This document shows, piece by piece, positions 1 to 7,822 of a stretch of DNA of 28,748 nucleotides; the first letter of the stretch is position 1; each line of letters starts with the position of its first letter. This stretch comes from a virus. Its lineage: Duplodnaviria > Caudoviricetes. The translations under genes and the position numbers were made by a program. The notes under the pieces are model-generated. The model saw nothing but the letters and a program-made list of their open reading frames with translations. It did not search any database and had not been told where the DNA came from. The stretch is taken from IMG/VR virus record IMGVR_UViG_3300020043_002894, positions 1 through 28,748 of that record; one strand, written 5' to 3'.

Positions 1-359
1 AAAGTAGAAGTTTTTAAAATAGAAATAGAAAAGTATTTTAAAATAAAAAATATTTTAATATGGGAGAAAAACAATACAGGAATGGGGGACTTAGAAGGTG
101 ACTACGCTCCTAAATACTCCATTAAATTAACAGGTTTTTGCGTTGGGTGAAATTCGTTTCCTGTCTTTTTGGCTTTAATAATATTTGAATCTCTATTACC
201 TTTTAATTTTTTATTTCCGTTACTACAAAATATAATCATTTCATATTTAGGAGCGTAGTCACCTTCTAAGTCCCCCATTCCTGTATTGTTTTTCTCCCAT
301 ATTAAAATATTTTTTATTTTAAAATACTTTTCTATTTCTGTTTTAAAAACTTCTACTTT
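1..359. repeat. 116-bp inverted duplication at the window edge (1-116 vs 244-359), probable fold-back/template-switch artefact
   Basis: 1-116 is the reverse complement of 244-359 with one mismatch (pos 20 vs 340). The junction lies at TAAATA microhomology (111-116) and cuts off the MTase C-terminus. Confidence 0.9.
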
Positions 360-596
360 ATGCCAACTGCAGAATATGTATAAATGTGAATCATCTTTCA
401 TAACTCTTTTTATTTCCTTAATCCATTCTGGAAACCAATTTAAATTGTTATCCCCTTCAATTTTTTCGTGCTTAACTTTTCTGTAATTACTTTGAAAATC
501 CATTCCAAAAGGTGGGTCCGTTAATAATAAATCAATAGAATTATTCTCTATTCTTTTCATTAATTCCAAATTGCATTCGTTTGTAATTGTTAGCAT
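102..596 (-). CDS. N4/N6 DNA methyltransferase (beta class), C-terminally truncated by the inverted duplication
   Basis: IDLLLTDPPFG catalytic motif IV, IWEK and HPTQKPVNLMEYL. The SAM-binding FxGxG motif expected next is missing because the sequence folds back. Confidence 0.9.
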   Translation of the reverse strand: MLTITNECNLELMKRIENNSIDLLLTDPPFGMDFQSNYRKVKHEKIEGDNNLNWFPEWIKEIKRVMKDDSHLYIFCSWHKVEVFKTEIEKYFKIKNILIWEKNNTGMGDLEGDYAPKYEMIIFCSNGNKKLKGNRDSNIIKAKKTGNEFHPTQKPVNLMEYLGA

Positions 597-712
597 AATC
601 TTTCTTTTATAATTTTTCGATAAACTTCATTTGCTCTTTCAGAATTACAACCACGTTTGCGGTAGAATTATAAAATACGTTTAATTCTGGTTAGGTTACT
701 TTGTTTTTTCAT
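590..712 (-). pseudogene. Small basic ORF (40 codons) interrupted by an in-frame TAA
   Basis: Reads MKKQSNLTRIKRIL*FYRKRGCNSERANEVYRKIIKERLC* and overlaps the MTase start. The internal stop is at 668-670. Confidence 0.45.
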
Positions 713-735
713 ATTTATTTATATTTATTATTTTT

Positions 736-771
736 AAATGTCAAGTTAATATTGCTAAAAACTTGACATTT
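736..771. repeat. Intergenic 12-bp inverted repeat
   Basis: AAATGTCAAGTT (736-747) / AACTTGACATTT (760-771), 12-nt spacer. Confidence 0.7.
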
Positions 772-808
772 TGTAACGTTTTTGTTTATTATTTGTTACG
801 TTTATTAT

Positions 809-1936
809 TTAAAATAAATGTGTAATTCTTAAAATTTGTCCGTTATCTTTTGAATGTAAAAATCCTTCAACTGCTTTTTTTGCGTGTTGGAATCCGTTCC
901 TATGATGCCAACTATCCGTTCCGCTTGGACTTCTTAGACTTTCAATTGTTATACCAGCATAATCTTTGCTTGTCTTGTGGTGTACGTGATGCGTATATAC
1001 GTATCTGTGTTTGGTTTCGCTCCATTCTTTGCTAAATTCAACAGCCATCAATAAAGGTAAATCCTGCTGTTTTGCTCCGTCTCCGTGAGTCGTACCAATT
1101 AAATTATCATAATATTGAAATCCTTTTCTGTGCATTATCGAGCAATCAAAAGTAATGTTTTCGCAATTTTTAAAATACGTTTCTATTACATTTGCTAAAA
1201 AGAAACCATTAGTATAATCGTGATTTGATGGATTAAATGTAAAGTGTACATCAGCAACGGTTAAAAGAATTTCTAAAACATCTACATATAATTGTTTTGC
1301 AATTAAGAAATTAGTATGCCACATTCCGTCTGTATCTTGTGGAGTTCCTGAAGTTGTTAATCTTCTTGGGCTATCTATGTGTAATATATCATTTCCACCT
1401 ATGAATAAAATCTTATCAATCTTAAAAGAAGATACTTTTTGTAAAATACCTCTAACGCCATCTAATACACGCTTAACAGCAACCTGATTATTGTACGTTT
1501 CACCGCTTTCGAACGCACTACATAATTTTCCTATATGAATGTCCGCTGGGTCTAACACAAGTAAATAAGAATCATTATCTTCAATCCGTTCTAATTTTAG
1601 GAACTTAGGCGAATAATTCTTTAAATCATTTATTAATGTTTTGCTTAAGTCTTGGAAAAGTTTTTCTTCAGGTTTTATAAATAGTGGATTTGTAACTCTT
1701 ATGCTTTCTGTTTTTGTTTTTAACCACAACATCGGAGTAGTAGATGGGTCAACACTTAGATTTTCGCAAGCATTTAAAACGCCTTTATTTGATTTTATAA
1801 AAGAAACATATTTTCTTAAATAATCTAATTCAGCATAAGTTCCATCTGGCAATAATTCATTTGCGATTTGGGTATTATTTTTATTTTCCTTAATTTTCTC
1901 GATAATTTCGGGGTTTAAATAATCGTATTTTTTCAT
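809..1936 (-). CDS. Calcineurin-like metallophosphoesterase
   Basis: DIHIG, GGNDILH, SNHD, THGD and HHVHH motifs in the expected order. Confidence 0.85.
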   Translation of the reverse strand: MKKYDYLNPEIIEKIKENKNNTQIANELLPDGTYAELDYLRKYVSFIKSNKGVLNACENLSVDPSTTPMLWLKTKTESIRVTNPLFIKPEEKLFQDLSKTLINDLKNYSPKFLKLERIEDNDSYLLVLDPADIHIGKLCSAFESGETYNNQVAVKRVLDGVRGILQKVSSFKIDKILFIGGNDILHIDSPRRLTTSGTPQDTDGMWHTNFLIAKQLYVDVLEILLTVADVHFTFNPSNHDYTNGFFLANVIETYFKNCENITFDCSIMHRKGFQYYDNLIGTTHGDGAKQQDLPLLMAVEFSKEWSETKHRYVYTHHVHHKTSKDYAGITIESLRSPSGTDSWHHRNGFQHAKKAVEGFLHSKDNGQILRITHLF

Positions 1937-1939
1937 AAT

Positions 1940-2263
1940 TTATTTAGTTTCATAGTGAGTTCCATCGTTTCCGTTTTGACCGATAATATTCATTCTTTTA
2001 TTAGTTTTTTCCTCGTTGTACCAAGTATCTTTTTTAAATTGTTCGAACCAAAAATCAAATCCAACCCAACCTTCGTCTGAAGCATTATAAGCTGACTTTA
2101 AATCTTCCTCTCTCTCCTCTCTTCCTATTTCTTTTGCCAATTTATAACCATTAATAAATGATTCCTTAATAGCATACTGCTCAGATGAACCGTCATACTT
2201 ACCCCAGCCTTGAACTTCTGATTCTTTTTCAGCAGCTTCTTCAATTGTTTCTTTATTTTTCAT
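1940..2263 (-). CDS. Hypothetical phage protein
   Basis: 107-aa ORF in a tightly packed operon, ending in RMNIIGQNGNDGTHY. Confidence 0.7.
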   Translation of the reverse strand: MKNKETIEEAAEKESEVQGWGKYDGSSEQYAIKESFINGYKLAKEIGREEREEDLKSAYNASDEGWVGFDFWFEQFKKDTWYNEEKTNKRMNIIGQNGNDGTHYETK

Positions 2264-2266
2264 AAT

Positions 2267-2566
2267 TTATTTATCTTTTAAAATCATTGTAAGTAAAATA
2301 GTGTAGTTTGCTAGGTCTAAAAGGCTATCATGAATACTTTCGTTATTAGGTGTTTTATTGTTGTTTAAAAGCACTCCTAAACGAGCTACTTTAGTAGCTA
2401 TTAATGAAAGACAGTTTAACTCAGGTGTTAATCCTGATATATTCCCTGCAAGTTTAAAGTTTGAAAGCCTGTCTTCATTTGCGTAATCATTTCCTTTTGC
2501 AAACATTATATTCTTCATTTGTTCTGTAATTTCTAAGAATTGTTTTTGCTGAGTTTCTAAATTCAT
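2267..2566 (-). CDS. DUF1599 / nucleotide-modification-associated domain-like protein
   Basis: KGNDYA...LSNFK...KVARL...NESIHDSLLDLANY pattern. Confidence 0.75.
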   Translation of the reverse strand: MNLETQQKQFLEITEQMKNIMFAKGNDYANEDRLSNFKLAGNISGLTPELNCLSLIATKVARLGVLLNNNKTPNNESIHDSLLDLANYTILLTMILKDK

Positions 2567-2766
2567 AATCCTTTTTCTTTTTTATAATCAATTAATAAAC
2601 TTTTTATGTCTACTATTCCTAAAAATATTGATTCGTTATCATAATTATCACAAATCCACTCCGCAAACCCAATAGCAAAATCATCGGCTATTTTTTCTAA
2701 ACGTTCTTTTTCGCCATCGTATAAAGGTATTTCTGAAGCTAACTGTATTTGTTCTCTTAATTTCAT
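2563..2766 (-). CDS. Hypothetical phage protein
   Basis: 67-aa ORF with 4-nt start/stop overlaps to both neighbours. Confidence 0.7.
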   Translation of the reverse strand: MKLREQIQLASEIPLYDGEKERLEKIADDFAIGFAEWICDNYDNESIFLGIVDIKSLLIDYKKEKGL

Positions 2767-2969
2767 AATTTTTCTATTTTATAATTTATTTTAATATTGT
2801 ACCCGTCTTCAAAGGCTAATAATTCTAATGTGCAGAACTGTATATTTCTATATCCAGTTACCCAGTTAGATAGTTTCTGCGCTGATATATTATGAAATTC
2901 AGCATATTTCTTTTGTGTAAGTCCTGATATTTTAATCAGTTCTTTTAATATTGTTTGGTTTTGATTCAT
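2763..2969 (-). CDS. XRE/Cro-family helix-turn-helix protein
   Basis: SGLTQKKYAEFHNISAQKLSNWVTGYRNI. Confidence 0.8.
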   Translation of the reverse strand: MNQNQTILKELIKISGLTQKKYAEFHNISAQKLSNWVTGYRNIQFCTLELLAFEDGYNIKINYKIEKL

Positions 2970-2971
2970 TG

Positions 2972-3163
2972 TTATAATTTTTTTATTTCTTGTTTAACTT
3001 CTTGCCAGTATCTTAAATCATCAAACGAAACTATATTTGATATTTCATCAACCGCTATCAATGCGCATTGTTTAGATTTATTTATATTATACATTACAGA
3101 ATAAAAAGGTAATATTGGGCTAAATTTATTTACTAATTCAATTGCTTTTTCTTTTGGTGTCAT
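2972..3163 (-). CDS. Hypothetical phage protein (MTPKEKA.EL type)
   Basis: 63-aa ORF, first gene after the promoter at ~3190. Confidence 0.75.
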   Translation of the reverse strand: MTPKEKAIELVNKFSPILPFYSVMYNINKSKQCALIAVDEISNIVSFDDLRYWQEVKQEIKKL

Positions 3164-3186
3164 AATTTCTATTTATTTAATTTTAT

Positions 3187-3247
3187 CAAAGATAGTCTTT
3201 ATACCAATCGCTATAACATAATGATATAATTTATATTAATTCTAAAT
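3187..3247 (-). promoter_or_regulatory. Bacteroidota sigma-70-type promoter with upstream 19-bp palindromic operator
   Basis: TATCTTTG (-7 element, 3194-3187), TGTTA ending 19 nt upstream, and ATTTATATTAATTCTAAAT at 3229-3247. Confidence 0.7.
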
Positions 3248-3272
3248 AAAAACCCACCGTTTAAAGTGGGTT
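3248..3272 (-). terminator. Intrinsic terminator after the SSB-like gene
   Basis: AACCCAC-N8-GTGGGTT stem followed by TTTATTT on the minus strand. Confidence 0.7.
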
Positions 3273-3290
3273 AATAAGTGGGTGAATAAA

Positions 3291-3644
3291 TTAAAACGGT
3301 AAATCGTCTGGTTCGTCTTTGTTAATGTTTGTTGCAGGTGCAAAAGCTTCGGCAGGAGGCATTTCATTAGTTTGCTCTGATTTACTAATTTTCCATCCTT
3401 GAATAGTATTAAAATAAACCACTTCGCTTTTTGGATTTGTCCACTCACGACCTCGCAAATTAATTCCTATCGTAACATTTTGACCAACTTCATAACCGTT
3501 TAAAACATCGCATTTATCCTGTACGAATTGAACCTGTATATGCTGTGGATATTGTTCGTCTGTTGTAACTACTACATTTCTACTTTTAAACGTTCCTTTT
3601 TCAATAGTTTCACCTATTACTTTAATTTTTCCTGTAATTTCCAT
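3291..3644 (-). CDS. DUF3127 family OB-fold single-stranded DNA-binding-like protein
   Basis: MEITGKIKVI...EQYPQHI.VQF.QDK...INLRGREW...YFNTIQGWKI, with an acidic DDLPF tail. Confidence 0.85.
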   Translation of the reverse strand: MEITGKIKVIGETIEKGTFKSRNVVVTTDEQYPQHIQVQFVQDKCDVLNGYEVGQNVTIGINLRGREWTNPKSEVVYFNTIQGWKISKSEQTNEMPPAEAFAPATNINKDEPDDLPF

Positions 3645-3646
3645 GT

Positions 3647-4720
3647 TTATAAATTATTTATTTGATTAATACTCCATTTTTTAAACGCTTTAAACTTTTC
3701 AATAATTTCTTTTGAAGCTTCGTTTTTAACACTACATTCTGGCAATTCAAAACTATTTACCCAAACAGATAATTGTTTTTTTACAGGTGCTTTTGCAACC
3801 AATGCAGCAGCTTTTTTATCAGCTTCAATTTTTGCCAAACGTTCATTTTCTGCTTTAATTTCAGCATCTTTTTTATCTTGCAGCTCTTTAGCAATTCTTG
3901 CAGTTTCTTTGCGTTGTTCTTCTAAAATAGCATCTTGTTTATCTTTTTCTTCACGTGCTTTTTTATCCGCTTCATCTTGAATAGCTTTTTGTTTTGCTAA
4001 TGCTTCGGCACGTTCTTTTTGTAATTCAGCTTCTTTCGCTTCGGCTTCGGCTTTTAATTTAGCGTTTTCTTCTTCAATTGCTTTTTGTCTTTCAATTTCT
4101 GCTAAACGTTCAGTTTCAATTCGTAATGCTTCGGCTTCACGTTCTTTTTGTTCGTTTTCAAAACGTGTTTTTTTACCAAGCAAATAATCATCAAAATCCT
4201 CGTCACTCATTGGAGAAAAATCTAAACCAGTAACATCTTCTACATATGGTTTTAATCTTTCAATTCTACTTTCATTTAATAGACGTGCTTTTTCTTTTTC
4301 CAAATTCTCGAAATACTTTTCAGCATCCAAAAGTTTAGCTTCCATTTCTTCATTGATTACGATTTCTTTATTCTTAACCGCATCAACAAAACGACCTCCA
4401 GCAAGATAAAAAGCCTTGTTAGTTTTGTGCCATTTTTCAATTCCTTGCGTTCTATTTTTTACGATTTTCAAACGCAATTCTTTAAATATTGGCAAAGTTT
4501 CAGCGGTTATTTCAAGTCCAATAACATCGACATAAGCATCTTTTAATACTTGTCTTTCTGCTAATGTTGTTGATAAACCACTTGTCATTTCTTTCGCTTT
4601 TGCAAGTTCTAAACCAAATAAATCTGGTTTAATTTCTTCCGTAAATTCCAAAGGAATAAATGTTTCTGGGTTTTCGTGTAAATCCCACTCTGTTTGTTGT
4701 TCTGCTAATTGCTTGCTCAT
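3647..4720 (-). CDS. Coiled-coil protein of the recombination module
   Basis: 357 aa with a long E/K/A-rich helical segment, between the ATPase and SSB-like genes. Confidence 0.75.
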   Translation of the reverse strand: MSKQLAEQQTEWDLHENPETFIPLEFTEEIKPDLFGLELAKAKEMTSGLSTTLAERQVLKDAYVDVIGLEITAETLPIFKELRLKIVKNRTQGIEKWHKTNKAFYLAGGRFVDAVKNKEIVINEEMEAKLLDAEKYFENLEKEKARLLNESRIERLKPYVEDVTGLDFSPMSDEDFDDYLLGKKTRFENEQKEREAEALRIETERLAEIERQKAIEEENAKLKAEAEAKEAELQKERAEALAKQKAIQDEADKKAREEKDKQDAILEEQRKETARIAKELQDKKDAEIKAENERLAKIEADKKAAALVAKAPVKKQLSVWVNSFELPECSVKNEASKEIIEKFKAFKKWSINQINNL

Positions 4721-4725
4721 AATTT

Positions 4726-5562
4726 CTATTTAGTTTTACTTATTAATTCTTCTTTTCTTTTGTCTTTTACTTTTACAAACTCTAAATTAGTTTGTAATGA
4801 TTTATATTTAGTCCATATCCTAACTAAGGATTCAATGCTGTCAGCTTCTTTTATTTCTTCGGCAGGTGTTTTTATTACTTCCCCATTATTACACCATTCT
4901 ATTAACTGCTTACCGGTTTCTTCATTTATTATAAAAGGCGGTTTATCCATAAATAATCCTGTGCGGTCTTTTGATGCGGTTGCTTGGTGGTTTACTTCTA
5001 AAGTAAAGTTAATAGTTAATTCATATTCGAAACCTTCTCTAGTAATTTCTTTTAAACCTACTTTAACAGGTGCTTGTTTTCCTTTTTCGTTCAATTGCAT
5101 TTCATAATCTTGCTTTCTTCTTACACAAGAAATAATATGACACTTACTAGAAAGCATGGTATTGATAAAACGCTGATGTCTTGGTGTTATTATTGACCAA
5201 TTAGTATATCCATTTCCTGTCATTTTAGAATGTATATCTAAACAACCTCCCTCTCCCTCCCATTCGTGGGTAATTGAGTCTGTAATAATTACTTCCATAC
5301 CAGCGTTTTCACAAGTTTTTATTGCCTCTATGTATCTTTCTGGGCTATAAGGAGCTTCTAAATCTATAACGTTAAATTCTCCTAAATGACTATAAAGGCT
5401 TGCACTTCCGTTTTCACTGTCTATAATAGCTATTTTTGACCAGTCATTTGTCATTCCATAAGCCATTAATAATGCGCTCATTGTTTTACCACCTCCGCTA
5501 ACTGCTGATAAACCCAACCTTAATTTTACTTGTTTTCTTGTTGCTTTTTTTAATTGTATCAT
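4726..5562 (-). CDS. AAA ATPase, Sak4-like single-strand annealing/recombination protein
   Basis: Walker A AVSGGGKT, IIDSENGS, Walker B IITDSITHEW; located upstream of the SSB-like gene. Confidence 0.85.
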   Translation of the reverse strand: MIQLKKATRKQVKLRLGLSAVSGGGKTMSALLMAYGMTNDWSKIAIIDSENGSASLYSHLGEFNVIDLEAPYSPERYIEAIKTCENAGMEVIITDSITHEWEGEGGCLDIHSKMTGNGYTNWSIITPRHQRFINTMLSSKCHIISCVRRKQDYEMQLNEKGKQAPVKVGLKEITREGFEYELTINFTLEVNHQATASKDRTGLFMDKPPFIINEETGKQLIEWCNNGEVIKTPAEEIKEADSIESLVRIWTKYKSLQTNLEFVKVKDKRKEELISKTK

Positions 5563-5666
5563 AATTCTATTTCTTTTAATTTATTTAATAATAATGTGTT
5601 TTCTCCTTGCTCGGCTAATAAAATGCAATAAGCTAATAATTCCTTATTTCTATCCTCTTTGCTCAT
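5559..5666 (-). CDS. Small hypothetical protein (35 aa, not in ORF track)
   Basis: MSKEDRNKELLAYCILLAEQGENTLLLNKLKEIEL; fills the gap and has an ATGA overlap with the ATPase start. Confidence 0.55.
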   Translation of the reverse strand: MSKEDRNKELLAYCILLAEQGENTLLLNKLKEIEL

Positions 5667-5874
5667 CATTTAATATTTTATAGATTTCTTCCTCGTAATT
5701 TTGTAATAACTCTTGAATGTCGACTGGATTATCTTCTAATGTTATTTTATGTACTTCAACATCAGGGAACTCCTCTGGTAAATATAGTGTCGCTGGGTAA
5801 TATTTACCGCTTACCGTATAATAAGCTGTTAAACTCACTCCGTTTAAATCAAATGTGTGTGTGTTTAGTTTCAT
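5650..5874 (-). CDS. Hypothetical phage protein
   Basis: 74-aa ORF coupled to its neighbours. Confidence 0.7.
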   Translation of the reverse strand: MKLNTHTFDLNGVSLTAYYTVSGKYYPATLYLPEEFPDVEVHKITLEDNPVDIQELLQNYEEEIYKILNDEQRG

Positions 5875-6113
5875 AATTTTGTGTTTTTTAAAAGTTTGAT
5901 AAATTCTTGTTCTGTGATTTTAATTTTTTTAAAAGAACAATTACCTAAATAAAAAGTATATTCACAATATTGAAAATATTTATATATAGCATCAAAATAA
6001 AAATCAGTATCACAATAATTTTTTAATAATTTATTATCAATACATAATTGTTTCATTCTATCACATTGTTCCTGTGATTCCATTATTACGTAAGTGTTGT
6101 ATATTGTTTTCAT
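5871..6113 (-). CDS. Hypothetical phage protein
   Basis: 80-aa ORF coupled to its neighbours. Confidence 0.7.
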   Translation of the reverse strand: MKTIYNTYVIMESQEQCDRMKQLCIDNKLLKNYCDTDFYFDAIYKYFQYCEYTFYLGNCSFKKIKITEQEFIKLLKNTKL

Positions 6114-6364
6114 AATTCACGTTGTTTTAACATTGCATCTGCAAGTTGGTAAGATGTAAGAGCTATTTTTTTATTCATTTCTTCACCAGTTTTAGTTCCT
6201 TTATCAATTGCATTTCTTATTTTTTCATTCGTAATAATACTTTGCATCGCTGAATTAGCAAAATAATCTCTTAATGTCATTCCATTGTAATCTGAATGAG
6301 TATTATCGTTAAATTCTGTTTGAGGGAATGCGTAAGGATTGTTTTTTGGTTTGTTTGTTTTCAT
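6110..6364 (-). CDS. Conserved phage protein (AFP...GMTLRDYFA type)
   Basis: PYAFPQ...GMTLRDYFANSAMQ...SYQLADAMLKQRE; likely start MKTNK at 6364. Confidence 0.75.
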   Translation of the reverse strand: MKTNKPKNNPYAFPQTEFNDNTHSDYNGMTLRDYFANSAMQSIITNEKIRNAIDKGTKTGEEMNKKIALTSYQLADAMLKQREL

Positions 6365-6368
6365 AATC

Positions 6369-6476
6369 TTAATTATTAGCAACTTTATGAAATGCACGTA
6401 CCATACGGTCATTATCATTTAAGTAAATGTTATTAATTCTTTTCATCCATTGGTAAAATTTTTCCGTGTTGCTCAT
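6369..6476 (-). CDS. Small hypothetical protein (35 aa, not in ORF track)
   Basis: MSNTEKFYQWMKRINNIYLNDNDRMVRAFHKVANN with an A-rich leader; first ORF after the leftward promoter. Confidence 0.55.
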   Translation of the reverse strand: MSNTEKFYQWMKRINNIYLNDNDRMVRAFHKVANN

Positions 6477-6500
6477 AATTTCTTTGTTTTAAATTGTTTG

Positions 6501-6605
6501 ACAAATATACAACTAAAATTTAATAATACAACATTATGATGATATTTATAATAATTCTAAATTAGCTTAGTTTGTTAATTATATACTTATATGTTGTATA
6601 TTTGT
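6501..6605. promoter_or_regulatory. Divergent promoter pair with a central 19-bp palindromic operator
   Basis: GTTGTATATTTGT on both strands (minus 6513-6501, plus 6593-6605), each containing the TAnnTTTG -7 element; ATTTATAATAATTCTAAAT at 6544-6562. Confidence 0.75.
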
Positions 6606-6623
6606 TGAAAATAAAATAGGACG

Positions 6624-6751
6624 TAACGGTTCTCGGCTTTATTTCAGTGCCGTAATTCAAAACTGAATTTCACAAATAAATACTAAACTTATGACAAGCA
6701 AAAACACTTCCGACACAAACCAAGAAAAGGCATTGAATAAAACCGATGTTA
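6624..6751 (+). repeat. attC-like hairpin site 1 (128 bp)
   Basis: TAAC-GGTTC-TCGGCTTTATTTCAGTGCC ... GGCATTGAATAAAACCGA-T-GTTA. Confidence 0.8.
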
Positions 6752-6951
6752 GCGGTTCGGTTAGTAATCCGTCAAAAGTAATGATGGATGATTTAAAAAA
6801 AGGTGACAAATTCATAATACCATCTATTGGTGGAATGAACACTTTTGTTAGACAATCAGATTATCATGGTTTTACAGAGTATCATTATATTTCAAGTAAC
6901 GGCACAAAAAAAACTTCCGTTTCAAATTGTACGGTCTATTTTTTTAACTGA
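6691..6951 (+). CDS. Cassette 1 hypothetical protein
   Basis: 86-aa ORF starting inside hairpin 1 (alternative start at 6781); the stop lies in the cassette's right end. Confidence 0.7.
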   Translation: MTSKNTSDTNQEKALNKTDVSGSVSNPSKVMMDDLKKGDKFIIPSIGGMNTFVRQSDYHGFTEYHYISSNGTKKTSVSNCTVYFFN

Positions 6952-6955
6952 CCGC

Positions 6956-7080
6956 TAACGTTAAGCATTGTTGCAGTTGTGGATTAGGACTGCCAAATTA
7001 TCGATTAAACACTAATCCAGCCAAGTACAAAACAATTTATCAATCAAGCCAAGTACCACAATTGCTACAATGCATTGTTA
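6956..7080 (+). repeat. attC-like hairpin site 2 (125 bp)
   Basis: TAAC-GTTAA-GCATTGTTGCAGTTGTGG ... CCACAATTGCTACAATGC-ATT-GTTA; AGCCAAGTAC occurs twice in the central region. Confidence 0.85.
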
Positions 7081-7104
7081 TATGAGGTTTTAAAATTCAG
7101 AATT

Positions 7105-7440
7105 ATGTCAACAAGAGTAGAAAATTATCTTATTTACGGATTAAAATTCGGGGAAGAATTTACAAAAGATTTTTGGGAACAAGAATTTTATGATAAAGAA
7201 GTTTGGGATAAACGAAAACCAAAAGATAAACCGTTTTTTATTACGGATGGAATGAATGGAAATTATACATTCTTTGGTTTTATAACCGAGTTATCAAACG
7301 GGTGGGATGATGCGGAGGAACAAGAAATAAACCTTTCATTTACTAAAGTAGAGATTATTTCAAAGTTTTATCAATTGTATCCTGATTCAAAAATTACGGA
7401 CGAAGATATTAAAATGTTCTTTTTACCGCATTGGGTGTAA
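7105..7440 (+). CDS. Cassette 2 hypothetical protein (111 aa)
   Basis: ATG at 7105 (MSTRVENY...) after AAAATTCAGAATT; acidic/aromatic protein. Confidence 0.75.
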   Translation: MSTRVENYLIYGLKFGEEFTKDFWEQEFYDKEVWDKRKPKDKPFFITDGMNGNYTFFGFITELSNGWDDAEEQEINLSFTKVEIISKFYQLYPDSKITDEDIKMFFLPHWV

Positions 7441-7448
7441 ATCTCATA

Positions 7449-7574
7449 TAACGGACGGCGATTGTCGTGGTTGGGATAAAATAAAAAACGAATAATTAAA
7501 TTTAAAACAAAACTGAAAGATGGAAAACAATGTGAAAATTAAAGACGATACCCAATCACTACAATCGTGTGTTA
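7449..7574 (+). repeat. attC-like hairpin site 3 (126 bp)
   Basis: TAAC-GGACGG-CGATTGTCGTGGTTGGG ... CCCAATCACTACAATCG-TGT-GTTA. Confidence 0.85.
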
Positions 7575-7822
7575 CAAGCAGTACTACTCACGAATTGAAG
7601 ATAAAACAAGAATACGCAATTGAATATTACGCTGGAAGAAAGCCGTGGGAAATTCGCAAAAATGATAGAAACTTTAAAGTAGGTGATACTATAAATTTCA
7701 CAATAATTGAAACGGGTTGCAAATACAGTAGAGATATTGAATACATTTTCGAAGGTGGAGAATACGGACTTGAAAAAGGATTTTGTATTCTAACTATGTC
7801 GGGTTACAGGTATTGCTTGTAA
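7520..7822 (+). CDS. Cassette 3: ASCH/PUA-like (DUF3850) domain protein
   Basis: THELKI..EY......GRKPWEIRKNDRNFKVGD motif; its stop codon is the TAA of the next TAAC core. Confidence 0.8.
   Translation: MENNVKIKDDTQSLQSCVTSSTTHELKIKQEYAIEYYAGRKPWEIRKNDRNFKVGDTINFTIIETGCKYSRDIEYIFEGGEYGLEKGFCILTMSGYRYCL

Noticed and set aside
1-359. 116-bp inverted repeat as a hairpin telomere, invertible segment or DGR template/variable pair
   Set aside because: It sits at the sequence edge, is nearly identical (1 mismatch), joins at 6-bp microhomology and truncates the MTase. That is typical of a fold-back chimera, and no reverse transcriptase or invertase is present.
795-6627. GTTACGT (795-801) complementary to ACGTAAC (6621-6627), suggesting a giant 5.8-kb cassette
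   Set aside because: Only 7 bp match, which is expected by chance in a window this size, and there is no full hairpin at 795.
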